A stretch of DNA of 64,000 nucleotides from Octopus sinensis (Eukaryota), in NCBI RefSeq assembly GCF_006345805.1, contig NC_043008.1, positions 75,392,001 through 75,456,000 of the forward strand, read 5' to 3'. The notes under the pieces were generated by a model. It made no database searches. It was not told the DNA's origin and saw only the letters and a list, made by a program, of their open reading frames with translations. Shown here piece after piece: positions 10,990 to 25,215 of this stretch. Each line of letters begins with the position of its first letter. Position 1 is the stretch's first letter. The translations under genes were made by a program, and so were the position numbers.

Positions 10990-13900
10990 AACCAGGTGTT
11001 ATGCGCCTTAGTGAGGAGGAAAAGAAAAACCGAAAGACGAACAATTGTTTATAAATATTGTTCTCGCAAGGTGAGGAAAATTAAATTTCTTTCTCCGACA
11101 GAGACCGAAAAATACCTTGAAGATGTGTGGCCCTCAGTGCTACACATACAGAAAGGAAAACAATGTGGGATGGTTGCTGCTATATGCAGCAATGAGCATG
11201 AAGTCAGAAGAATGGCTACTTGCCCGTCCCAGGATTTTCTAATGATTCCCCATTAGATGAGTGAAAGGTTGACTGGTCACTGTGATCAGGCGAGGAATTT
11301 AGCCATTCTGGATGAGCATGGGGAGATTGCGGAAGGGAAGTCCACCCCACAACTCAACAGGACTGGAATTCTTATGTAATTCCAGATACTTGTTTTTCCA
11401 GAGGAAATAAATCGCATTCCTATATTTTTTCTGTTTTGAGGAATGCGAACAGATGTCAGTTTCTATAGAGGAAAAAAAAACAGAACTGTTCTGTGTGTGG
11501 GAATTCGAACCACCCCAAAGCCTTTTCCTCGCAGTGGAGAAAGCACGAAACTCTCCACCATTCTACCAACTCCTCATGGTGGGAACAAAACAATTACCTT
11601 GCATCTGCCTCCTTCTCCCACTCAGGCCTCGAAAAAACAAAGTATTTATTGACTTCTCACCAGAACACCTTTGTCGGAGATAAGAGAAATATGAACTAAA
11701 CAGAGACCAACGTATGTTGAAAGCCCTAAGACATGACGGCAAAACCAAAATCCGTCACAACAATTTAAAAACAAATCAACACCAACATTAACATCTTCAT
11801 CACAAGACGACTCATTTTTACAAACACATTCAAAACCACAAAAACAAAATGACCAGCAGTCACAGTCTCGAGTAGGGCTTTCTTCATTAATTTCTCTGTT
11901 GTTCAGAAGAGCACATTGAATAGTACAAGTGGAGAAGGTTTTGCGGGTCTCCCGCAGAAAACTTCACCGGACAGGATGTTAATCCAAACAGATACGGATA
12001 CGTATATTGATTTGAAACAGAAATTCCCCGCAAGATATTGGAAGGTTTATTAGGTTCCCCTCCAAAAAGAAGATTGTTTTAACAGTCATCTCTGGAGACC
12101 AAGGTAAGTAATTCCATTTTCTTTCCTCTAAGTTAAATGGCTACACTTAGAGCTGGCGGTGTAAATGTTCGAACCTGGGTTCAGCTTGGAAGCAGGGTCG
12201 GCTCTTCAACGATCTCAGCTCCCTAAATTTAGACGTGACAGCAATTAATGAGAAGAGAATTGCCGCGAGACATGCTCTTGCAACCATTTTCGAAGAAAAC
12301 GAGTTAATTTTTATCATGTGGTCTGTCGGGAGCGGGCGGCAGTGTAGCAGCGTTATTCCAAAAATACCTAGGTCTCAGAGTAAGGGGCAATCTTCTTGGA
12401 AACAGGCGGTAGGTTGGGGGTCGTAGATGTGAATGGTGGTGAAGGTTGTACCGTTAGATTGGTGGCCGTGTATGCTCCGACAGGGGCTGGGAGGCCAGAT
12501 TTCTTCAGGTGTCAAGACACATACCTGGGAACGACTCACCCTTTAGTACTAGTGGGGGACTGGAATAGTATTTAGAACGCGTGGAAGGACTGTGTGGGTT
12601 TAGTACATAGAAGAGGTGGGTGTAAAACCCTCGAAAATATGCACAGAAACTTCCAGCTTTCTGACAGTTATACATCGGATATACCCGATGTGCCAGTATG
12701 GACATGGAGCAATCACAATGGGTCATCTAGATCCAATCTACATAGAGTATGTTTTAAACAAGCAGATGGGGATAGTGTAGGATGTCCACAATTCAAATTA
12801 GTCGGCTACACACAATAAATGTGTGATCTACACAGTCGATTTAGACAGAACGCGTAGACAGGGACCCGGTTACTGGCAGCTGAACGCGTCCTTTCCAGTG
12901 CGCAAAGAACATAGGGACCGGGTTAGCGAACTAGTTAAGAACAGTTGATCGGGGCAACGTTATCAACTGCTGGTGGATAGCTCTGAAAAGGGCGATTAGA
13001 AGAGAATCAATAGTTTAGCAAAGAGTTAGCTGTAGAAAGAAACAGATTTGAGGGAGAACTAGTTAGCAAACTAGAAGAGGCGATTAATAAAGGCATCGTG
13101 ACTGACCTGTTAGCCAGGAGAATGGCTCTTGACCATTTCTTTGAGGCGAAACACGAAGGTTGCGCTCTCAGATCTAAGAACCGTGCGCTAAAATATAAGA
13201 GAACTAAAGCCGTCCGATATGCTCAAATGGTGGAGATACGACGTGGAAACAAAACCAGGATTAGGTATTTGACGGATCGGGACGGGTGCGTGCTACATGG
13301 TTCTGAGCAGATGTGTGCGACTTCTCAGCAGCCCTTCGCACAACTATTTAAAGGGGGAGGTGAGTCAACGACGGTAGCAGATTTTGGTTCGTATCATATG
13401 GCCTACGGCGGCTCTCAGTGATGGTTGCGAGGTTCTACGAAAAGCCGATAACGGCCATTGAAATACGAGAGGCGATGAGCGATTGCACAAGTCGCAAATC
13501 GCCAGTCTCGAGTAGGTCTATCCCCGAACTCCACCTTTTGCGATACATCATAGAGAAGGCTGAGGCTAAAGCTGGCTTCAATGGGGCTCTGGGCAGTTTG
13601 CATCAATCGAAAGCATTCGATAGGGTCAACCATCGTTACCTGAAAGTTTCGGACCCGTTTTCAGAGGCTGGATCACTGCAATGCACAGCGGAAACTGTTC
13701 AGTGGTCGAAGTAAATTACCATCTATCGGAACCGTTTAGCATCGTACGCTCAGGCCCTCAAGCTGCCCCCTGTCACCTCTTCCGAACGTGCTGGCTCTCG
13801 AGCCACTGCTATGGAAGCTGGAGCAATTGAATGGCATCGTTCTCGAACTGGGACTCCGAAGAGTAGTGTCTGCATACGCGGACGGCGTTACCGCTATAGT

Positions 13901-15355
13901 GTCGGACGACTCCGAGCTGGAGACGGTCGGCTCTATGCTAAAAGAAAATGAATCCGTTGTTGGGGCTAAAATCAATGCCGACAAGTCGGTGGACTTGCAA
14001 CTGGAGCGTCTCTTGTTTATGCTCTTGTAGAAGGGACGTGTTCCAATGGTCAGAAGGTCAAATCTCCTGTCAGCCCCCTCTGTGTGGCGACTAAGGTATG
14101 CGCTCAGGGTACGCCACTTCCAGCGGTTTCTAGAAAGTGAACGTGTGTGGGCTCCGTTTGTGAGGCACGTGCTTCCGCAACTAGTCTGTTTGACGCAGCT
14201 GCAGTCAGGTACGAAGTATAGATGAAGAATGCGCGCCTGGCACCTACAATGTCGTCATGCGTTCACTGTCATTTACCAGTTGGGTAGTGGGATCGGTGGA
14301 TGTTCCAATTCAGGAATCTATTTTTGATTAGTGGCGGGAAAGCACGATGACGACCTAGTTAATACTATGGACGTTGGCGAAAATGAACTGTCTAGTCCGG
14401 AAGACTTTTCTGTCGGGTACCATTATGGATAATATCCAGATATTTTTCGCTCGGTAGTGCTATCGGGGACGGTGGGGCGGTACCGGGGGCGGAGGAACGC
14501 TACCGGTTCGAGATAAACTTTACATGCACAGATGTGCTGTCAAAAGGTCTTGTCCGAGGTGCATGCAGAGTGGTAAAAACGTTCTACACGCACTTGTTCA
14601 GTGTCCGGGCATTACTGACTTGTGGAGTTATGTCGAACAGCTGCTTTCGCATGTGGGACGAATCTGTTTGTCGTCCGAATCCATAGTGATGATTGCCCCG
14701 GCGCCCTCCTTTAATCGGGTTGGCAAAGTATTTTCCGTTGCCTGGTTGCTGTGGCGAAAGAGGTAGTCTGATGAATGAGGCTGGAAGTAATGAGGACAAA
14801 GACATTTCGCTTTGGTAACCGATGTTGATGATGGCTGGAGGGTCTATCAGCCGAAACGTTGTGTTAACAACAAACAAGATGAGGACAAATATCTGTCAAT
14901 TGTAAATAATGTAAATAAAGAAACATTCCTGTTTGGTAAAGCCCTCATTTTTCAATTTTCATTTGAAAGGGAAAGTGAAGGTGGAGAGGGTGGTGCTGTC
15001 CTCGAGTGAATTTATGTAAAGGTGGGTGAATGTTTCGAAAATGGAAAGAGTGGGTGGTACCACTCTTAGCATAGATCTGTGAGTCGGAAGAAGGAAGTTG
15101 GAGAGGGCTCCCGTCCTTGGTATTCAGGGTGATCTTGGATGGTTGGATTCCTTGATTATCCCTAGATGTCCTCCTGCATCAGGAAGATCCCATCAAAATA
15201 ACTTTTCTAGTGTCATATACAATGTATACTTCCCTTCTTGTAATTTGCACAGTTCATACTTTTTTTATTTTATAATTCTATTATCCCAACGCTTTATGTT
15301 CGTCTTTGTATTGTCCCCCTCATCCTTCGCCCTGGCGGCAAATAGAAATCAATTT
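10990..15355 (+). mobile_element. Degraded Tx1/L1-clade LINE (ORF1 remnants, APE, internally deleted RT, CCHC, 3' UTR)
   Basis: APE motifs (DVTAINE, RLVAVYAP, LVLVGDWN, WTW, GPGYWQLNAS), RT motifs (QSKAFDRVNHRYL, CPLSP, AYADGVT), CPRC...VLHALVQC; 3' tail followed by (ATT)n. Confidence 0.88.
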
Positions 15356-15394
15356 ATTATTATTGTTGTTGTTCATGTTATTCTTCTTCTTCTT

Positions 15395-15484
<90 letters not shown>

Positions 15485-16033
15485 GAGTGAGAGAGCAGTT
15501 CATGTCATCAAAGTGACACTGGGGTAAAATATACGAAGCCCAATATACCCATCATGACTACCCGTCTGATAAGGGTACACCAGGCACATGCATCACAACT
15601 ATATGTGCGCGACATGGTGATCTCATATCAGGATAAACAGCACATGACCTTGCAGGTGGGGCCCTGTTAGAATTTACTTCAGGTTGAGTGGCCCATCCCG
15701 CTCAAAAGGTCCCTGAATAAGGGTTGTTTAAGGATGTTGAAAGAACCACCCATGTTTCCAGAGGTGAATTATTCAAACCCCAAAGAATCCCTCTCAACAC
15801 ATGGCTATGATGCTCCCCCACTACTTCTGCTCGTGATCAGAAATGCACATATCGTCAGCCACTAAGGGACATGCTCAACTGGTTAAGGTCAAACAACTGA
15901 CAAGCAAATCTGTGGTATTGAGCAGAATATTTGCTGTAGCCCATCTTTTATACCAAGACAAAACAATGTACATGATAACACTTCCAATCAGTTAAGATCA
16001 GAAGCCATGAGAGCCACTGCCTGGTACTGCATC
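15485..16033. mobile_element. Non-coding interspersed element between two (ATT)n tracts
   Basis: ~550 bp of higher-GC sequence bounded on both sides by (ATT)n; no ORF; family not assignable. Confidence 0.45.
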
Positions 16034-16054
16034 TATTATAATTATTATTATGAA

Positions 16055-16126
<72 letters not shown>

Positions 16127-17306
16127 GCCCATGTTCATATATAGCGGACATTAGCAGGAGCTTTACAAGAAATTGTAAAGTATTAGCTTATTTCAAACTG
16201 ATGTGGCTGTAACATCCGTTATATTTTTCATAAGACAAGCACACTGCTCTGAAAAGCAACACGGTATCCAGTATATAATTACAATTTCATTTTGATAAGA
16301 AGTATATTATATATCCAGAGCGAATCTTTGCTATTTTAGTAAATATTTATTATATCACCTCGTTCTTCATTGATTTGTTAGATAAATCTAGGTGTTAATT
16401 ATTTCTATTATAACAGCTGTCAAAACATCTATACTTCGAAAGAATTTAATAAAAATCCTTTATCGATTGCGTGATGTCTTTGATGAAGAAACCTATTCCT
16501 GTGATGGCATCCATCTCTGAATAAAAATATTTGATTTTCTGAATTCTTACACAGAAATTAATCGAATATTCAATATAGAAGTGAGAGTTGTGCGTTGCTG
16601 AGCGGTATGTTTTGTACTATAGTTTGTTTGGATCTCATCCAACGAAGTTCTGAAATGAGTTTCGATTACTGATTCCATTTCCTTTGAATCGTAATGTTTA
16701 TATATTCGGAAGAGGCTTGAATACCACACAATACCACCTTCTCTCTGGTTTATGTAAGATACGCACATGGTTGCACGTGATTGTTCTTTTGCACAATAAA
16801 CATAAACTCAGATATTTATTGCAACAACACTATGACTAAAAGTGAATTCAAGAAAAGATAACAAAAATACATCTATTCGATACAATAAATAATCACAGAA
16901 AGCAGTAACTCGTTTGCTTCTCTTCGTGTAATTCGTTTTTAATATGTGTAACAAATGTTTTCTTTAAATCTTTCAGGAAACACTTCACTTCATTTCATAA
17001 ACTCCACTAGATATTTCACAAAATACTACCAAAGATTCTTATATTAACACACTCAAATTTACCAACATATATATATGATATAATTTGTTTACATTTAATA
17101 AAACATATACCAATTTAAATAACAGGACCTATAAAGGTTTTTATTGTAATATTTTGCTAATTTTTTAACTAATAGGACTTTCAGCGAAAGAAAAGCTTGT
17201 ATGACTCATTACTTTGTTTATAGAGCTAACAGCAAATAAATTTAAACATTGCTATCAACAACACAATCATTCGGAAAGATAGATAGAGATACAGATAGAT
17301 AGAGAA

Positions 17307-17537
17307 GGCGGCAAGCTGGCAGAAACCTTAGCACGCCGGGCGATATGCTTAGTGGTATTTCGTCTTACGCTACGTTCTGAGTTCAAATTCCGCCGAGGTC
17401 GACTTTGCCTTTCATCCTTTCGGGGTCCATTAAATAAGTACCAGTTACGCACTGGGGTCGATATAATCGACTTAATCCGTTTGTTTGTCCTTGTTTGTCC
17501 CCTCTGTGTTTAGCCTCTTGTGGGCAATAAAGAAATA
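17307..17537 (+). mobile_element. tRNA-type SINE family 1 (Nin-like core), full copy
   Basis: ggcggc.agctggcagaa (A-box-like), gagttcaaattcc (B-box), core gtcgactttgcctttcatcctttcggggtc..taagtaccag; more than 10 related copies in the window. Confidence 0.9.
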
Positions 17538-19025
17538 AGATAGAGATACAGGCCACCTTACCTTGGCTCATTTGAGAAGTAAATAATAATATGAACTGTA
17601 TAATGGAATATCATCGCAAGACCCAAGACATAAGATGGAAAAAATACCCAAATAGAATCATATGAAATAATATTTACCATCAAAACGCTTATAGGAAAAT
17701 TGAAATATTCTCTTCTCCCACTAGCTAGAATATAATAATATCTCATTTACACTATCTTCAACAAATTTCATAGCCACTGATATTTCGTGTCTATTGTCTT
17801 ACATTGGTTTTTTATAGCTTTAATACATGAAACCCACTTATTAATTGAAGAGTGTATTTGCATATAGACGTGTGCATAAAGTGATACGTAGTTGTGTTTG
17901 AGTACGGATGAGAATATGAGCGAGTATTGGTGTACTGGCAGAATAGACCAGGAAAATAACATATATAGAATCTAACGGTGCTAAAATTTACTTTCAGTCG
18001 ATAGTTCCTTGTCAAAATAAATTTGTAACGTTATAATATGCTTTAAACTATCCTTGTTCATGATGTTTAAATTGTAAATATATATTAAGATATATTTGAT
18101 AACTTAATTTATTTCCCGTATGCCCTTTATATGTGTGTGCGTGTGTGTATGTCTGTGTCTGTGTAACATGCTCTTTCCAAGCACTCTAATATATTTTTGT
18201 AGAAAATAAGCAACAATTCATGAATTTCAGAGGAATGCTCATTAGAACAGAGAACAGAATCTATACCCTTTAAAAATTTAGATCATGATGATAATTTGTT
18301 TTCTAGAATTTACGTATAACACTTCTCGTGTTACTCTAAAATAGATATAACCACGCTACATTCTCAAAATGATACCTGCTCAATAAACATGCTTTAACTT
18401 CTATAATTTCTTTTGTATTACACAGCTATTCAAGCCTATCGTCAAGGAAGGAAATGGCATCTAAGAAATCTACAAAGCTCCACGGTGGAGTGTAGATAAC
18501 AAAAGCAATTTCACATTTTGAACTTTAAAAACATGTTGCATGTTTTTGACATGTCAGCTTCCTGATGTTCGTGTTAGTCTAAAAGTAAAGACCAACTGAA
18601 TTTGGAAGAATACTTGAATAATTTACAGGTGTCGTAGCATTGCTTGTATCGGTATCGTATTGGTGCTATTGATGTCAATACTAGCAATGATTGCTACATG
18701 TATACAAATATGGTGTATCTGAACTGGATAGGGAAGTCCAGAGATTGATGGTTTAAACGTAAAGATAGGTAATACTGAGGACGAGAAAGAGATATTCTCA
18801 TTGTTTTGATTAACTTATCAAGAATCCATAAGAAGATTGGACTTACACGTTTTAACTCTATTCAATATTTGTAGTCTTGGAGATACAAATCTTTATACAA
18901 TAAAATGTCGTCATATATTTTACTTCTAAGGTTAACTATACTAAAGAAATATCCTGTAGAAATAGCGTGATGAAAATGCCTTGTGAATATCGAAAAACAT
19001 AAAGTTAATTTTCATACATTTACAC

Positions 19026-19065
<40 letters not shown>

Positions 19066-19184
19066 ACAATCAAGGAACGGCCATGATAGACCATTCACCC
19101 ACTAGAAATAACAGCCAAAGCTTCAACCGCAAATAAAGATTAATTCCGTAAACAGGAGAAAATTTAAAAAACATTTACCCTGTA

Positions 19185-19291
19185 ATTTCTTGTACGATGC
19201 ACCGTTTCATCTGCTGTTTAATGGTAAACTAACCTGATTAAATTAAATCAAGCCAATCTTCCATAGGCCCTCAGATTCTTCAGCAAGAAAT
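19185..19291 (-). ncRNA. Type I hammerhead ribozyme (mirror copy)
   Basis: Reverse complement of 19592-19698. Confidence 0.85.
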
Positions 19292-19591
19292 AGCCAAGTC
19301 GGAACAGATATTTTCACGAGGCATTTCAAACCCTGCCAAGGTAATATCTGACCTAAAATTTTCAAATCGTCGCACTCGCGCCAAATTTATCGGCAGCAAA
19401 TAAATATAAGCCGTCGATTCCATTACGGAATTAACCAGAAAATTCATAATTAATCAATATATACGGCTTATATTTATATTTATTTGCTGCCGATAAATTT
19501 GGCGCGAGTGCGACGATTTGAAAATTTTAGGTCAGATATTACCTTGGCAGGGTTTGAAATGCCTCGTGAAAATATCTGTTCCGACTTGGCT

Positions 19592-19698
19592 ATTTCTTGC
19601 TGAAGAATCTGAGGGCCTATGGAAGATTGGCTTGATTTAATTTAATCAGGTTAGTTTACCATTAAACAGCAGATGAAACGGTGCATCGTACAAGAAAT
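19592..19698 (+). ncRNA. Type I hammerhead ribozyme
   Basis: Stem I ATTTCTTG/CAAGAAAT (8 bp), CTGAAGA 19600-19606, stem II ATCTG/CAGAT, GAAA 19675-19678, near-palindromic stem III CGGTGCATCG, GUA with predicted cleavage after 19690. Confidence 0.85.
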
Positions 19699-20293
19699 TA
19701 CAGGGTAAATGTTTTTTAAATTTTCTCCTGTTTACGGAATTAATCTTTATTTGCGGTTGAAGCTTTGGCTGTTATTTCTAGTGGGTGAATGGCCTATCAT
19801 GGCCGTTCCTTGATTGTTGATGTTGAACTTAAAAATGGTCTATGACTATTTAATTTTTTCCCACTAGGCCGCTGGTGGCAAAAAGAATTCTACAAAATTT
19901 TTTTCTGCCACCCTATATTGATTAATTATATATATATATATATATATAGATATATATATATATATGCAAGTGTGAATGTGTGTGCGTGTCTGTGTAAGTT
20001 TGCAAACCTATGCTGTAGATATGAAGAAAAACTTGCAAATTTACTTATTTCTCCTTAGATTCATAAAGGAATAAACTTCTTTAATGGATTTCGATCCTTA
20101 TTGGAGTGTGTATCAGGGTTGTGTACTTCAGTTGACCAACCTGAGAGAAACAGACGAGTATATATTCACATCAAATCCAGTAACTTCAGAGAAGTGGACG
20201 TACTAATTTGCATATTGTATATGTTTATTTAATATCAGAAGCTTTTCAAAGGCAAACTTAGTTCACAAATTATCACAGTATGATATCGTACAT

Positions 20294-20330
<37 letters not shown>

Positions 20331-21796
20331 CATATACATACAACTTGCGTAATATGTCACAAAACTTGTAAGATAATATGTGGACTGAAAAGAGATACGC
20401 TAGTTCACAAAAACATTCTTTTGGAGTCAGATTCCAAAGAACAAAGAGGTGCAGAAGAAATTTGTATAATATCAGTCACTTATGTTTTAAACCGTGTCCT
20501 TGGCTAGCTGGATTTAACAGTTATATATGGGCTCATCAACGGAGAGATTGTGCTGTTTAATGGAGTGGTTTTATGCTAGTCTCTTGATAATATTTTCACA
20601 TTTGGTTCCCAATTCTAACAATTTTTATACTTTTCGTGTAACTGTTTCTTTATATAATAGTGCTAACTTCTTTATTAAATATTGCTTTCATTATTTTACC
20701 ACAGTCACAATCTCCCTTTTTTAAACAAACATCAAAGTCCAACAACGAAGGTTTCTCAAGTTTTACTTTCCCCTCAAACCAGCACAGAGATTTCATTTCA
20801 GCAGCCCTTCTCTAAGTTTTGCCGTGAGAGAGAGAGAGTGAGAAATAGAGGAGATTGAACACTGCAAACAATGAATGAAATAAACATGAAATGAAAAATT
20901 GTATAAATAAAAGGGCATTACAACACATGTATACACCCCCGACATCGTTGCTTCATGACATCCAGAAAAATGAACGCTTTTTAACAAAATTTGCTACAAA
21001 TATCGCGCAGATGTTGTGGCTTCAGATAATATAAGGATATATGAGATAGAATTTTTCCGAGGGGGTGGAGAGAGGAGTTTGGGAAAATTCAGACGATACG
21101 ATATTACTTTTTTCCCTGATAGCTTTCAGGAAGATGGGCTCCTTTTAATGAAAATTTGTACAAATCCCTTTCAAACAGCATAAATTACGATTATAAAGAA
21201 ATTTGTGGGTAAAATTTTTTCAGGGATTTTCCAATTTTTTTTAAAACCACAGACTCCGAAATGATCGGGTGGGGTGGGGGCATTTTTGTATTAAAAATTT
21301 TGTAAACTTTTTTATCTACACCCCTCCCTCATCATCTCACTCCGGACCTATTTTGCCAATTTTTTTTTTTATTTCAAAACGATGAGAAGAGCATTTCCGA
21401 TAAAAAAATAAAGAAAAGGTAATATTTTCAGAAAGAAGAGTGATTTGGCTGTTGTTTCTAACATATCCAAAGACAGCCCTTCTCGTTTTTTTATCACTCT
21501 TCCATGTATTGATGCAAGAGTAATAAAAAAAACATTTATATGCTACAAAATAGAAAATTCGAGAAATTATGAATTTTTGCTACACCGCTCCCTACCTCCG
21601 ATTGTTTCTGTTTAGAAATTAAAATATTGGAGAGCCTGAGGTCATTGTTAGAGTTTATCCACAGGGATTTTAAAAATTTGCGGAGATGTACTTGCATAGA
21701 AAGTGACTTGATCTGAGATTGTGTGCTGAAAGAAAAATAATTGCAGCGTAGGTGTTTCTAAACTATTCAAGAACACAGAGAATCCATTAGTTTCAC

Positions 21797-22010
21797 GACA
21801 CTACTTAAATACGAGGTCGCGACGCATCTACGTAACGATATGAAGAGGAGGGTTACTTTTTAGGGTTAAGGTTAGGGCTAGTTTTAGGGTTAGCTAGGGT
21901 TAGGATTAGAGTGTCATTACACGTCCATACAGCGTACATTTTAAATGTTTTGTACGTAACACCTGTATTTAAATAACTCTAACCCTAACACCTGTGTTTA
22001 AGTAGTACCA
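21797..22010. mobile_element. Small inverted-repeat element with degenerate (TTAGGG)n
   Basis: actacttaaatac.agg versus cctgtgtttaagtagt ends; ttagggttaaggttaggg... at 21860-21905. Confidence 0.45.
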
Positions 22011-22790
22011 TTAAGGGATCTCTGTATATAAGTAGTACCTTTTTCACTTCAAAATTAAAATTTCAATTGTGTCAAAAACTTTTCTTCGCTTTGAAACCAC
22101 AACTTGTTCACTCACAAAACTTCGCAAAAGTAATGCAGCACGAAGTTTTGTTGGTGAAGAGCAAGCACGCCTTTCATTTGTGTGTATGTGTGCCTATGTG
22201 TGCGCGTCAGTGTTGAAGTCGTTCGTGCAACTTGTGTATATATTGGCTTAGTGGTAGAGAGTCTTCGGAAACTGTGAATAAGGTGCAAGTTTCGAGTACT
22301 TGTCGGTAACGTTTATTTTTTCTCCTCGTCTTCTAATAGTAATTACCCATCCTTCTATGCTCTTCTCACAGCTATACTGTGTTCAAAAATTATACGGGTA
22401 TTTTAAACCTTTTCCTTCATTAAATGATAAATTACGTATACATTAATAGAATGATAAATAATAAATTATGTATACTGTCAGTTTTACAAATAGCGAATAA
22501 AAACTTAAAAGAGAAAGTGAGGGACTTTTCAAATGCGAATGGAATGTGCCGTAGTGAATGCAATAAATATTTAAATTTGTGAATTGGACGTATTGAATGC
22601 AATGAATATTTAATTTTTCGAGAAATTGGAATTTTAAAGATTTGAGAAACTTGAGAAATAGAAATTATAGGAAATTTCTTAGAACATGGATTTATAAAAA
22701 TATTCCCAGACGGTCAACCCTTTAATAATTGCTTTCTTTTAGTACTTTTAGTAACTGATATCTGATTAATAAGTGGCTTTCTCCACTATA

Positions 22791-22830
<40 letters not shown>

Positions 22831-22899
22831 GTATGTATGTATGCTATAGGTCTCTCACACATGCTACACGCACATATACACATATGTATCGTATGCATA

Positions 22900-24040
22900 T
22901 ATTAGATTGGAAAGCACTGTCCCATTTTTTACATGAATTATTTGGGGGGAATTTTTCAATATTTACGGTAATCATGATTTTAAATTTCTCTGCAGTTTAT
23001 TTTATACCATACTGGTTTTCAACATTATCTCGATTTTACCGTTTCTAAATAAGTTTAGATATATCCTCTTCAAATGTTGCATCTTATGTGAATTCAGAAG
23101 ATGCTAATGAAAGTGGCAAGAAATATTCGTTCTGTCTATGAAATTGAATGTTACATTTCCAGGAATGTCCACGCTTCTCGGTCAGTTTTGCTCAGGGAGA
23201 TTTTTTCTCACAGATTATCCTCAATCTGGACGATAAAGTTCAGTCAATAATAGTTGAAAACTGTATTCAAAGAAAATCCAAAGAAAACTTCTTGAGCAGT
23301 AAAAAAATAAAACAAATACATGTCACACTTTGATCATAAAGCACCTTCCTCAAAAAGGAAAGTTTCTAAATTTGAGAGAGTCCCTCATCATCAGACTGAT
23401 TGTCCGTTCAATCAAAGACGTTCTACTGAGTCCTTCCTGGACAAAATTATCAGAAGAAAGTAGATTTCCTACAATCATATGCTATGAAAACGACAATGGT
23501 TAACATCCAGTATAAAAGTTGAATCCATCCCCAAATCAGAACTACACATGAAAAGAATTATGATTATATTTATTGGGATATTACATGTGTCGTGTGTGAT
23601 GTGTAATATTATCGTCATTTGGGAGCATTGCACAAAATTTTGCAGAAAAACCCACCGTTGGTCAATCGTCAAGTGATATTGATGATACATAAAGCAAGTG
23701 CACAAGAGTTTATATTACTGAACTAAAAAACGATGACGGTACTACATATAGACACTTAACTTCACCCTTCTGACTTTCCAGACCTTGATCCATTTGACTA
23801 TCGTTTTTCGATATCATTGTAACATTATTTTGAGGGAAATCAGTTAATTCTGATAATGTTAAAATTTATGATGGATGTTTCTATGTTTCGAAACCTGCAG
23901 AAATTTACACTTGATGGACCAACTATTTGCAAAATAGTTGGGATCATTTTGACAAAATGAGGATAAAATACTTTTTGATTAAATGCATCAATTAACATCA
24001 AAGATGCAGTCTCTTTTCCATTTTGAAATGCAACCTGACG
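22900..24040 (+). mobile_element. Highly degraded mariner remnant
   Basis: Residual PDLDPFDY (YSPDLAP.DY-like) near 23770-23805; element-sized span; otherwise eroded. Confidence 0.45.
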
Positions 24041-24285
24041 TATTATATGAAATGTGTTTTAGCATTTATAATCTACAGACAAATACAAAAATACGCACAC
24101 CGCTTCACATATATATGTGTGTGTGTGCACGCGTGTGTATGTATACATATTAGTATAGAGAAAGAAACAGACGCATGGACATATGCATCGAAATATACAC
24201 ACACACACACAGATATATATATATATACAGATATATATAATATATATGTATATATATATATATATATATGTATACATACATATAT

Positions 24286-24343
<58 letters not shown>

Positions 24344-25179
24344 CATACATACATACACATATATACCAAGAGGGAGAAGGATAGATAAATAGATATATAT
24401 ATATTACATACATGCATGCCTACATACATACACATATACATTCATACACATATACATTCATACACATATACATTCATACCTAGATACATACATACATACA
24501 TAAATACATACATACATACATACATACGTACATACATATATATATATATATATACATGGGTGTAAATATGCTAAATCAAAAATGTCGCATTTAAGATAGC
24601 GATTACATTTTATATTGGGTGAAAATCTTGTTCAAATGACGTTTGCATCTTTGATTCTTTGTTTAATTCTTGCTTGATTAGATTTATAATAAAAGCGTTT
24701 CATCCGTCACTGTTTATATGCACGACATAAACAATTCTGAATGCATGAGATTATGCTACCAAAATCTTTGGTCACATGACATGAAGGTAATCGAGAACGG
24801 CTAATGCATGTCTTTGAAGTAATGGAGTATTCAATCTGGTATCAAATGACGACCTCAAGAATATGTATACTTATTTTATCTCATTTGCTTCTATTTAATA
24901 TGCTTATATTTAAGGTTCGGAAAGTAATTCGAATTTGACAAGGATTCCTATGGTAATGCCATTCACTGGCACTGCTTCTTTTTACACAGAGCTTATGGCT
25001 TCTTTGTATGGAGTGTCTAACGTTCTTTATCGTTTCTTGTAAGTGTACCAGGGCGTGTATTGGGATGCTTCGTTTATATGCATTCATTGTTTGATTAGTA
25101 AACATTTATTGCAACGGGAGATTCTTCAAAGGTTAATTACATATTCAAATATCCATAAGTACTTACACCCCCACCCCCA

Positions 25180-25211
<32 letters not shown>

Positions 25212-25215
<4 letters not shown>

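Larger units (their letters stand above)
19062..19929. mobile_element. (TA)n-flanked palindromic hammerhead-bearing element 1 (Penelope-type inverted pLTR-like)
   Basis: Arms 19062-19414 and 19463-19821 are reverse complements with one substitution and one 6-nt indel seen; 48-nt spacer; unique ~108-nt tail; (TA)n on both sides. Confidence 0.85.

Noticed and set aside
17307-17400. tRNA genes at SINE heads
   Set aside because: A and B boxes only, no cloverleaf; they continue into SINE bodies.
16547-18015. Possible host exons on the minus strand with GTAAG donors near 16547 and 17557
   Set aside because: No recognisable domain, interrupted by stops, and no consistent exon chain.
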